DNA of 64,000 nucleotides, taken from NCBI GenBank assembly GCA_964016885.1, contig OZ024743.1:60202001-60266000 (forward strand), read 5' to 3'. Source of the DNA: Eledone cirrhosa (lineage: Eukaryota). The stretch's first letter is position 1; the number at the start of each line of letters is the position of its first letter. Shown here one piece after another: positions 27,760-39,254 of the stretch. The notes under the pieces were generated by a model. The model was given only the letters and a program-made list of their open reading frames with translations, ran no database searches and was not told where the DNA came from. A program made the position numbers and the translations under genes.

Positions 27760-29615
27760 TTACCTTACTTCTCGTAGAAGAAGGCTGGTTTGTCCATCCT
27801 TTTCACTGCTTGTGGCCTCCTCCGGAAGGATGTCTTTATTAATCCTCCTGGAGAGTGTTTGTTGGAAGTCTCTGATATCTTTGGGGAATTTTTGTTTTTG
27901 TGTCGTGTACGTTTTCTGTGTGATGCGAGTGATTTGTATGTGTGGAGGTGGTGTGAACTTTTGGGTTGTTGTATAATATTTTTCTGTGATGCTGGTGTTG
28001 TGTTGCATGCAGTGTAATAATTGGTTGTTGTTCAAATTTAATGCTGTGTCGTGTGTACCGTTTTGGTTGTTTTGTTTTGTTTGCGTTTGTTGTGGGTTTG
28101 TTTCTGTTTCGCTTTTTGGTGACTTTTGTGGTGTAGGTGATGGTGGTGTTGGGGTTAATGATGGTGATCGTGTTGGTCTTTGGGGTGATGGGGTTGGTGA
28201 TGCTGGTGTGTATGAATTTTTTCTTTTTTGGTTTCTTTTTTTCTTTTTTCCTGCTACTGTTTCCCACTCCTCGTCGTCACAATCTGTCTCCAGTTGCGAT
28301 AAGCAGGGGAGTGGAAAATCCTCCACAGGCGTTGCTTTTGGTTGTGGCGTGGTGGATGGTGTAGGCGCTGGTGCTAGTTATGGCGCGTTGGTTGGTGGTG
28401 GTGTTGGTTTTGCTACTGTTGCTGGGGTTGTTGCTGTTACAGTTGCTTCTGTTGTTGCTGCTACAGTTGTTGCTGCCATTTCTGCTGCTGGTGGTGTTGA
28501 TGGTTGAGTCACTTGGGTGGGTAAGAGAGGTGGCCTCAACCTTTTAGCCTGAGGGCAGAAAGCCCTTAGGTGGGTTTCTTCACCACAAACGACACACCTA
28601 GGTCTTCTGCCCTCGACCATTACGGTGAGGTGGGTGCCGTCAGTGAGGTCTATTACCTCTGGAATCTCCTCAATGCTTTTATGGTCCGCTTGGATCAGGA
28701 GCTCCATCCCAGATCCGGACCAGTTCTCCTGCTTTTCTTTCGCTATTTCAATTATCTTGGTGTTGGCCTCGATGCCGGCGAGGACGGCAGCCATTATCCA
28801 AGGAATTTCGATTGCCGGTGGAACGTGGGTCACCCTGATCTTCACAAATCTCTGCCCACAATAGCTTGGGACGAGTGTGAAGTCGTCACTTCTTAATGGG
28901 GCCATGGAGTGTTCTCTGGCCTCCTGTGGTGTTTCAAAGAACACGTCCACGGTTCCATACTTTTGCCCACGTCTGATGTGGGTTTTCTTTGCCCACACAT
29001 GTCCCAAAGTTTTTGGATTTGGGACTCCAATGCCCGTTCCACTCAGCGCGATTTTATGTTAATTTTCCGATAAGTCACGGTGCATAGGTGACGTTGCTCC
29101 ATTTTATTAGGTGTGTGTGGGTGTGTGTGTGTGTATTGGCTGACCCTGTACCCATCTTTCTTTACCATTCCTTTGGCTTCTTCTAATTCCTCCTGAGTTA
29201 TCTGGATCGCTTCGCACGTTTTTGCTACTCTGGCAAAACTCAGGGTAGTTTTCTTAATTTCATTGTTGCTGTTGTTGTCATCGTTATTTTTGCTATCGTT
29301 AATTTTAGTTTCAGTTGTGGTGGTGGTGGCGCCAGTGGTGTTCGGTGTGGAAGAGTTCATTTTGGTTGAATTCATTTCGATATCACGAGTTATTTTATTT
29401 TTTTATTTTGTTTCTGTTGCGGTGGTGGAGGTGGTGGCGGCGGCTTTAACACCTTCAGTCATTGGTAATGGCGGGAAATGAACGTCTGCCTGAGACAAAT
29501 TTAAAATATTGCTACTGCTTACATTTCCAGTGTTGGCAAACGTAGCAATAGTTACAAAGGTGGTGTCCGTGTGATGCGTTAGATTGTGAGGAAGGAGTGA
29601 CTCTGAGACATCCAT
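27760..29615 (-). pseudogene. T3 ORF1, disrupted
   Basis: Knuckle CVVCGEETHLRAFC, EEWETVAGKKKKR motif and Thr/Pro-rich linkers. It ends LLREVR-TAA. Confidence 0.82.
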
Positions 29616-29830
29616 GATATTTCAAAGAAAACTTTTGTTTGATAATTATAAAAAGTTTAAATTTTGGGCTCAAGGCCCCAATATTTTTGAGTGTCCTTTT
29701 CAGAAATCAATGTATGTGCACTTATATACAGTTAACAATGAAAGATTTTCCATAAATGGGAATTTTAAACAACTGAAAATAACAAACCTTTGCGGAGCTC
29801 ACGATGATACGATTTACTACGTAGGTCGCC

Positions 29831-29859
<29 letters not shown>

Positions 29860-29861
<2 letters not shown>

Positions 29862-31077
29862 CTTTCTTTATTAACCAGAAGGGCTTACACAAAGTATACA
29901 TTAAGGACAAAACAGGACAATACAGGACGGTACAAAAGGGCATTTCTACGGGTAAAAAGAAAAAGAGGATGTAATAATAGAACGATGAAAAAAATTCCCC
30001 AATAGTGGAGAGACCACCGAGGGCCATCGTGGAGAAAGCCCTTTAAAGAGCCACGGTGACCCTGACCACCAGGGCAATTGTCCTCTCCCAGTTTTCCACC
30101 TTTTATTTACAGGCATATACTCAGAGTATGTCCACTCACTCGGGCCATTCTTGCCTCTCTCACCCATCTTTCAACAAAAAGCTGGGAAGAGAGCACCTCC
30201 CTCTCTAACCTGATTTTCCTTTTCAAATGTAATGGGAAAAAGTTAGTCAGGGCATCACCGAAGTGGTAACTGCTCTTCTTCAGCTCTTTCAGACGTGTCC
30301 ATCATACTATCTCTTTCGCCATGGCCACCAGTCAGATAAAAACTGCCTGCCCTTCCCGGCTAAAGGAAGAGGGCGGGGCAATCCTCCCGATGGACTCAGC
30401 TGATAGTCGGAACCATTCTACACGCGACAGCAGGTGTTCGACATAAACCCACAAGTCAGCAATGCTCGGACATTGGACGTGTGCATGCAGGACGGTTTTG
30501 TCGCGCTGCGCGCACCTCGGACAAGCCCGGCTAAAGGCACCTCCATGCCTGTAGAGTTTATCCCGAACTGACAAGGCTCCTCGGTAGCACTGCCAGGCCA
30601 AGGATTTCTGGAAGTTGTCCATAGGCCCCGGCCCGAAAGTTCTTCCAAAGAGATTGGCTAGTTGATTTTCGTCGACGCCTAGTGTGTCCCCAAGTACGTC
30701 GTCGCTCATCCCCTCCACTAATCCTCTATAGAAAGCCAAGGTGGAGTTTCCACCGATCACATTGTCCGATTGGCCGAGGGCTGTGAGCGCCTGAAGACAT
30801 TCCAGTCTGCAAGTGCTCCCTCTCGGTTTTCGCTTGACCCAGGACTGCAGCTCCGTCAAGGAGACGAGCTGGGGAAAGACGCGTCTATCAAACGGCGACC
30901 ACCCCTCATAACCGTTGAGGAAGAGATGGAGATGTCGTAGCCTGAGCGCGTGTCTGCGCATCATTGGCCACGGCATGCCCATCCCTCCACGTAGCGGGTG
31001 TTGACAGCAGATGGACCGCCTGACATCGGAGCGCGTCCCTTCCACAAAAAACGAAAGGACAAACGCTCGAGTGCAGT
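29860..31077 (-). mobile_element. Tx1 family B, 5'-truncated copy T4 (~1.2 kb)
   Basis: ORF2 C-terminus and 3' UTR homologous to T3. (AAT)n lies at 29831-29860 and at 31078-31088. Confidence 0.9.
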
Positions 31078-31290
31078 AATAATAATAAGCAACAAGTCGA
31101 AAGCACACAGACAAAAAACAAATTTCAAAAGTTTTGAACGCAACAACACTAGTAACCGATGTTACGAAAAACGTAAAGAAAAAAAACAAACAAACAAACA
31201 AAAACCTATGTCAGATATTCATACATTACAAAGAAACTTATGTTTATTTTTTAAAATTGTTATTTATTTATTTGTTTATTTAATTATGTT

Positions 31291-34200
31291 CGTCTACAGC
31301 ATGATGGTGCCACGCTAAAATCACTGGGGGTGATGAAATCACTGGCGGTGATGAAATCACAGGTGGTTGTGTAACCATACATTTACCAATCCTCGATATG
31401 AGTGTTTAAATGTCGAACCTAAACAGTTTTAATAACGGTGAAGCGGAGACTGGAACGTCATGTGACAGACTCTCACCCAGCAAGTTCCCCCTGGCCCAGG
31501 AGCAGGGACCTGGCTGTCATCCAAATACTGCTGGCGTTGGATGAAGAAGAAGGAGGAAAGGGACCAGAACCAACTGGACGAAAGAATTGAATAGAACTGT
31601 CATGGAAAGTTAACTGAAGAGTAACCCCAAGGAAAAAGGCTATAGGAAACGGATGCATAACATCTGGAGACAGATTGGACTATATAAATTATATGAACAA
31701 AAATTGGCCGGGCAGGCTCGGGTAATAAGAACTAATGGATGTTTAAGCGAGTTGGAAATGGAGGAACTGAGCAGAGAGATTAGGTTAGAAATGGAGAGTG
31801 GAGTATACCAGACAAACGAGCCAGTGGGAAATGAAGGTGAAGAGCTTATGAGAACGGTGGAAACATCCGAAGCAGACAATGAATAAATAACATCTGGAAC
31901 AAAGATACGGCCATTGAGGAAATGAATGCTGACGGGCTAGGACAAGATTTGTTTAATATCCTAAACTCAGTGGTAGATGAAATGAACAATGATGGGAAAC
32001 CTATGAACCTAAGATTTGTAGACAGGAAAAAGTTAAATGAAACAACAGCTAAGGTAAACAAGTTCATCCCATACCTTGATGCGAGGAACCTTCACCAATG
32101 CAACAATATCCTCAAAGCAACAGCAAATGCGGTGAGGCGATTACTTGGCATAAACACGAGAGGAAACAACAAACAAAAAAGATCAGAACCTTGGTGGAAG
32201 AAACGACTGAATGGTCAAATCAGGGAACTGAGAAATGACATTGGAAAACTTGAGTCCCTACTGAATGGGACACTACAAAACATAGATTCTAAACATAGAC
32301 TGGAAATAAAGTACAAAACTAGGAGGAAAAAGCTGAATATCATCATAGAGAAACTGAAGCAGCGCATTGTCGCAAAGAGTGCAAAGATTAGGTGGTATGA
32401 GAGCAGAGTCAGTCAGTATAGACAGAACCGCATGTTCGACAACAACCAGAAGATGTTGTTTGGGCAGCTCGAAGGAACTGAAAGAGGCAACGACTTGTTC
32501 CCTGAGGCGGAACAGTCTAAAACATTCTGTAGAAGAATATGGGAGCAGGATGTTAAACATAATGATCAGGCAGTGTGGATTGAGACACTACAAAAGAAGT
32601 TTAGTGCACAAGCACACCAGCAAATTGATTTGAGTATCATAGTTGAAACTCTTAAAGGGCAGGCCAAAAAACTAACCAACTGGAAATCACCAGGCCCAGA
32701 TGGTGTGCAGGGGTATTAGATCAAAAATATAACATCCCTCCACTCGAAACTGACCACCATGTTCAATGACTGCTTGATGTCGGGTGAGGTACCAGAGTTC
32801 TGGTAATGAAAGACCGAATCAAGAGTAATGATGTTACCAATTATAGACCTATCACATGTCTGTCTGTAATGTGGAAACTGTTAACAAGCATTGTGTCTGA
32901 GGAAAGCTACCATCACCTCCACATAAACAACTTGTTACAGGACGAAGAGAAAGGATGCCGAAAGAAGTCCCGTGGTACAAAGGACCAGTTACCTATTGAT
33001 AAGATGGTAATTAGGAATTGCAGGAGGAGACACACTGGTCTTGCCATGGGATGGATAGACTACCAAAAGGCATTCAACATGGTACCTCATTTTTGGATAA
33101 CCAAAAGCCTAGATATCTTCAGGGTGGCAGATAACATCAGACAGTTGTTGAGCAAAAGGATGAAGTCCAGGAAAACAGTTAACATCGGGCGGAGAATCCT
33201 TGGGGGGCGTGAGATAGTTTGTCCCCTCTGTTATTTGTCCTTGCCCTGATCCCCCTGCCCGTTATACTGCGAAAAGTGAGAGCAGGATACAAGTTGGGAA
33301 AGGGAGAGCATACCGTCAATCACCTCCTCTTCATGGACGATCATAAGCTCTTCGGGAAGAGTGAGAAGGAGTTGGATGTGCTTATTGACACTGTCCGTAT
33401 TTTCAGCAATGATATATGTATGCAATTTGGTATTAGTAAGTGTGGAGCCCTTGTGATGAAGAGGGGGTAAATTGAGCAGAAGCAACAGAATCCAGGTACC
33501 AACAGGTGAGATGATAAAGGAAATTGATACTGAAGAAGAATACAAATATTTAGGTGTTCTGGAGGCTGATGACATCAAGAACCAAAAAATGAAGGAATTG
33601 ATAAGATCTGAATACATTAATGTATTAAAGTCACATCTGAACAGTAGGAATGCCATAAGTGCAGTAAATTCCCGACTAGGAAGCTATTGACTATCTACAA
33701 CATGTCCCACAAGAGGAGTGATGTCGATAGACTCTACTTAAGGAGATCTGAAGGTGGAAGAGGTCTTATCAGCATAGAGGACTGTGTTCAGATGGAGAAA
33801 AACAGCCTACACAAATACGTGACTGATAGTAGGGAGTCAATGCTCAGAATTGTACAGAAGCAGGGGACAATAGACCAGGGGATGTCCAAGGAGGAAATAA
33901 CAAGGAGAAAGAGCAACTTTCATGAAAAATCCCTTCATAGTACCTTCTTTGAGAAAACTGAATTTAGAGATCCACAGACATGGAACTGGTTGAAAAGAGG
34001 AGACCTTAAAAAGGCTAGAGAAGGGATGCTAATGGCTGCACAAGAGCAGGTCCTCAAAACGAAGTGACTGAAACACCATATTTTCAAGGAAGAGGCTAGC
34101 CCACTGTGCAAGATCTGTGGAGAGAGAGAGTAGACTGTGGCTCACATTGTATCCGAGTGTAAACACCTAGCCCAGACTCACTATAAAGGCTGGAGACATG

Positions 34201-34760
34201 ATGTGAAGGGCAGGGTGATCCACTGGCACCTATGCAAAGTAAACAATTTACCACATTCTGAGAAGTGGTATGAGCATAAGCCAGAGTCGGTGATGGAAAA
34301 CGATCAGGTGAAGTTGCTGTGGGATTTTAGGATACAGACGGACAAGAAACTGGAACACAATAGACCTGACCTGGTGGTTTTGGACAAGGGGAAAAGATCG
34401 TGCCTGATTGTGGATGTAGCCTGCCCATTCGACATGAGGGTGCAAGAGAAGGAGAGGGAGAAAATTAACCGACACCAGGACTTAAAGTGGGAGGTAAAAA
34501 GGATCTGGAACTGCCATGAGGTCAAAGTGGTCCCGATTGTCATAAGCGCAGTAGGTACTATCTCAAAGAGTTTCCAAGGATGCTTAAAGAAAATTGGCCC
34601 AGCCCCGCTTTTTGGAACACTTCAAAAGGCATGCTAGCTGGGAACAGCAAGAACCCTCCGATACGTCCTGAATATCTGAGGCTGCAGGTAGTGGATTGAT
34701 ATTCATTTCAACAAACTTTCCACTTAAATAACATCAATGACTGATACTCAAAGAACAATA
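31291..34760 (+). mobile_element. R4/Dong-like REL non-LTR element, copy D1 (decayed, 5' end inverted)
   Basis: ORF fragments are homologous to the intact 57613-61008 ORF (WKSPGPDGVQGY, FMDD, RHD, RPD..D). 31291-31442 is the inverted 5' end, and an (AAT)n tail follows the 3' end. Confidence 0.92.
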
Positions 34761-34778
34761 ATATTAATAATAATAATA

Positions 34779-34812
34779 CCACCACAACCACCACCATCAC
34801 CACCACCACCAT

Positions 34813-34897
<85 letters not shown>
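34779..34897. repeat. (CCA)n/(ACT)n microsatellite, right edge of the LINE stack
   Basis: Direct reading; same (ACT)n motif and strand as 23900-24022. Confidence 0.95.
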
Positions 34898-35249
34898 GTT
34901 CACAATTGGTTAAAATAATTAACAAAGAACTAGAAATTTCTAATTTGGAACACGATTAAGATGAATAAGAAATGTACGGAAGATATTAATTAAATATCAA
35001 AATCAAGAATGTAATTAAATACATAATACTGCTTACAATCTATCTAGTTTTATTTATAGTTTATTTCTTTCTCTTACTTTGTGATTATTCCTAAAGCCAT
35101 CCATTATCCTTGTAAATATCAGCATTTGTTTTCTTCATTATTTGCATTTCTATGATAATTCTTTCAGATTATTTTCAACAGAGGATTTCAAGTATACATC
35201 ATATTTCAAGATAGATTTTAAATATTAATATTTTCCATCTGTCTACCAA

Positions 35250-35263
35250 TCTATCTATCTATA

Positions 35264-35331
<68 letters not shown>
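35250..35331. repeat. (TATC)n microsatellite
   Basis: Direct reading. Confidence 0.95.
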
Positions 35332-35332
35332 A

Positions 35333-35425
35333 TTGCCTCCTCCTTATTGAGGACGCCTTGTTTTGTAAACTCCCCCCATTGTACTTGTCCCACTTTTGAT
35401 GCCCTGGTGGCAAATAAAAGAAACA
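35333..35425 (+). mobile_element. Tx1 family A 3'-end fragment (~90 bp) inside (TATC)n
   Basis: Near-identical to the T2 3' UTR (ttgcctcctccttattgaggacgcc...gatgccctggtggcaaataaaag). (TATC)n lies on both sides. Confidence 0.88.
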
Positions 35426-35469
35426 TATCTATCTATCTATCTATATGTCTATCTGTCTATCTATCTATC

Positions 35470-38400
35470 AGAAATTAAAAGAAACATTTTCGCAGGACGT
35501 TGGCAACCCCTGTCAAAAGCCCATTAATCGCGTCCTATTAAAATGTTTCGCCACCCCAATCAACATCGCCACCAGCACCCAAATGGAAATTGAACAACCA
35601 ATCTCCAGGAAACGAAAAGGTTAGTGCATCTTTTCGTCCTTTTTCGCCAACTCTTCTCCACCAACATGGCTAATTTACGAGTTGGAAGTGTGAATGTGAC
35701 TGGCCTATGCATGCTCTGGAAACAGGGCCAACATTCAAACGACCTTAGGTCACACGGCATGGATGTGATAGCCATCACCGCGTCTAGGATCCACAACAGG
35801 CAGCAACTAACCCCCATCTTCAATGACTTTGAGATCTACGCATCTATCTGTCAGCCAGGAGGTGGAGGGGGAGTAGATGTCATGTTTCAGAAAAACCTGC
35901 ACCTCGAAATACGTTTATGCCCCAATTTGGCAATCGCGGCCAGACTTCTTTAAGCGTTTAGAGTATTTTCTGGGAACGTCTCGCTCCTTGCTTTTAGTGG
36001 GGGACTGGAATGGTATCCTAGACGCATGATGTGACTACTATGTAGGAGCATGTCCCAGTAGTGGGGCATGCAACAGCCTCAAAAATTTTATCGGCCAATT
36101 CCAAATGGCCGATTGGTATCGACTAGATTTTCCGACTGCACCACAGTGGACGTGCACAAACCGCAGCGGGACATCTAGATCGTATTTAGATAGGTTCTTT
36201 ATAAGAGAGAGAGACAAGAAGATGTTAACCTGTCCACAAATGTACATGGTTGCCTATTCAGGCCACAAACTAGTTAGCTGCATAGTCAACCATGATAGAA
36301 TACATAGACAAGGACCCGGATACTGGAAGTTGAACATGTCGTTACAGACACGCAAAGCCTACAGTGAACGGATAAGCAGATTAGTTAAGCAACAGGTGAC
36401 GGATGCCATCGTCAACAATAGATTGTGGTACTCTCTCAAGAGAGCAATTAGAGTAGAGTCGATAGCTTTTAGCAAAGAACAAGCCTTAGAGAAAAACAAA
36501 ACAGAAAGAGAACTAATAGCCAAGGTAGAGGAGGCGCTTATTGGTGGCAACGCAGCGAGAGTGCTAGCACCGAGAACGGCACTGGACCAGTTCTTCGATG
36601 CGTGGTCAGAAGTAAATCACGTGCTCTAGGAAACGAGGGAGAAAAAGCTGTCAGCTGGGCCCGAGCGGCAGAAGCGAACAGTGGCAACAAATCGACGATT
36701 CGGTCTTTGAAAGACCAAAACGGACGCGTGCTACTTGACACCAAACGGATGTGCACGGCCTTTAAGCGGCACTTTGCTCAACTGACGGTGCGCCGAACAG
36801 GGTAATGGACTTCGCTTCATACCTCGACGGCCTGCCGCGTCTCTCGAGCATGGACGCCGAGTTCTGATCACAGCCACTGAGATACGGGACGCTCTGGGCT
36901 GCTGCGGGAAACGCAAATCACCGTCTAGATGGTCTACCCTATGAGTTTACATATGCATGCCGTACTTGTTCTCTGTCGTCCACGAAGCCGTCTAATGCAA
37001 CTGGCAGCAGAACGGGACCATTCCCAGTTATGCAAGCAGGGGCGTAGTAACGCTGATCAGGAAAGACGAGAACAAGGGGGACGAACTGAGCAACTTTAGG
37101 CCCATAACTCTGCTTAACACAGAGTTAAAGATTTTGGCCAAGGTGTTAGCAACGAGGCTGGCACTTGGTAGGGGAGGCGCAAACATGTGCAATCCCTACC
37201 AGGTCCATACACGACAACCTCCACCTCATGTGACACATCATAGCGAGGGTGGGGTATAAACCCGGCTTCGGTGGGGCTCTGATATATTTAGATCAGTCTA
37301 AGGCATTCGATATGGTCGACCATCGATACTTGGAAGCGGTTCTCAAGGAGGCAGGTTTCAGACCCATCTTCAGAGGCTGGATCAAAGCAATGCACACCAA
37401 CATCTGCTCAACGGTCAAGGTGAACGGCTACCTATCGGAGTCGTTCGCAATCACGCGTTCCAGCCGACAGGGATGCCCTCTCTCCTCCATTCTGTACGTA
37501 CTGACTCTAGAGTCACTTCTGCGGAAATTGGAGCTTCGGCAGGGCATCCGGTTGCAACCGGGACTGCGGAAAGCGGCGTCGCCTTATGCCGACGACGTGA
37601 CAGTAATGGTGTAAGAAACCTCGGAAATCGAGACAATCGCCAACTTACTGCAGGAATACGAAAGGCTCACAAGAGCAAAACTCAACACGGACAAGTCTGT
37701 CGGTTTGTAACTAAGAACATGGAGAGGCAAACCAATGCCGTCCAACAGCGTTGTCGGACGCTGGACGGAACGACCGGTGAAATTGCTCGAGGTTTGGTCC
37801 GGTCCGGACCCCAGGTGGAGAACAACTGGAACGAGGTCACGGCCAAAGTATTTGCGCTCACCCAGAAGTGGGCATAGTGCAAACTATCCTTGAAAGGTCG
37901 AGCGGAGGTGGTGAACACTTTCATAGCGTCCGTCAGCTACTACCACTTGACCGTCGTGCCTTGTCCCCGTGAATACCTCACCAAGATGGAACGCATGCTC
38001 TTCCAGTTCCTTTGGAAGTATCAGGCTCCACTGGTGAGGAGGCCCGTCTGCTGTCAGCACCCTTCCAACGGAGAGCTTGGAATGCCGTGGCTGATGATGC
38101 ACAAACACGCGCTGCGGCTACGTCATCTACAGGTATTCCTTACCGAGCAACCGGAGTGGACCCCGTTTTTGAGACAGGCCTTCCCGCACCTTATCTCGCT
38201 GACGGAGCTGCAGTCCTGGGTCTAGCGGAAACCGAAGAAAATCGGCACCTGGCACATTGAATGCGCTCACAGTCCTCTTTGAAGCGGGCACAGCAATCAG
38301 TGGAAACTCCACTTCGATATTCTATAGAGGGTTAGTACGTTACATGTGCGACGACGTGCTCGGAGAGACTGGGCATCGGAGACAAGGAGATTACCAGTCT

Positions 38401-39085
38401 GTTCGGAAGGACTTTCCGCCCGGAACCCATGGACAACTTCCAGAGGTCCCTGGCCTGGCAATGCTAGCGAGGAGCTGTACCATTTCGAGACAAGATCTAC
38501 AAGCACGGACGCTCCGGCAGGGATCCTTCCAAGAGAACGTGTCCAAGATGCGGGCAGGGCATTGAAACCGTCTTGCACGCAATTGTACACTCTCCGGGCG
38601 TAACGGACCTGTGGAACTACGCAGAATAACTGCTGTCACGTATGGGACAAATCCAGTTAACTGCCGAGTCCATAGTAAGGATCAAACCGCCAACATCTGT
38701 ACCTAAAATGGGTCTTTAGGTACCACTTTAGAAGGAGAATCAGAGTGGAGAGAGAGGCACTGCACCCCAGTAAATTTACTGAAAGGTGGGTGAATGTAGC
38801 AAACATGGCCCGAGTGATTGGGCCTTCTCTGTATATAAACCTGTAGGTTGAAGATGAGAGGAAGAGGAGGAAAGGAGCACTTGCACAACACGCCCCTAGA
38901 GTTGAGGGTTGTTCTATCTACGGGGAATTAAACAACCCATTTGTAACGCCTCCCCACTATTGGTGATTTCGTTTGTTGAATTTGTTTGTTTAAAAATCTT
39001 TTTACACGATTGTATGTAAAATCCCCGGCCTATGTCCTTGTATTGTCCCCTTTTCTTGTTCGCCCTTGTGGCAAATAAAGAAATA
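35470..39085 (+). mobile_element. Tx1 family A, 5'-truncated copy T5 (ORF1 tail plus disrupted ORF2)
   Basis: It starts KLKETFSQDVGNPCQKPINRVLLKCF, matching the T1 ORF1 end. The ORF2 ATG is at 35666, with YADD, and it ends GPSLYINL-TAG at 38844-38846. AATAAAGAAA is followed by TATCTATCTATC. Confidence 0.9.
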
Positions 39086-39212
39086 TATCTATCTATCTGT
39101 CTGTCTCTCATTCTAAGTCTCTATCGCTCTACTTGTCTGTCTACCTATCTCTCGTTATATATATACAGAATATAAATATATACATATATACATATGTGTT
39201 TATGTATGTTTG

Positions 39213-39250
<38 letters not shown>

Positions 39251-39254
<4 letters not shown>

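Larger units (their letters stand above)
24061..29830 (-). mobile_element. Tx1/L1-clade LINE, family B, copy T3 (apparently full length, disrupted)
   Basis: 5' end GGCGACCTACGTAG...AGCTCC, then ORF1, ORF2 and a 3' end AATAAAGAAAGC-(ATT)n. (AAT)n flanks both sides on the plus strand. Confidence 0.92.
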
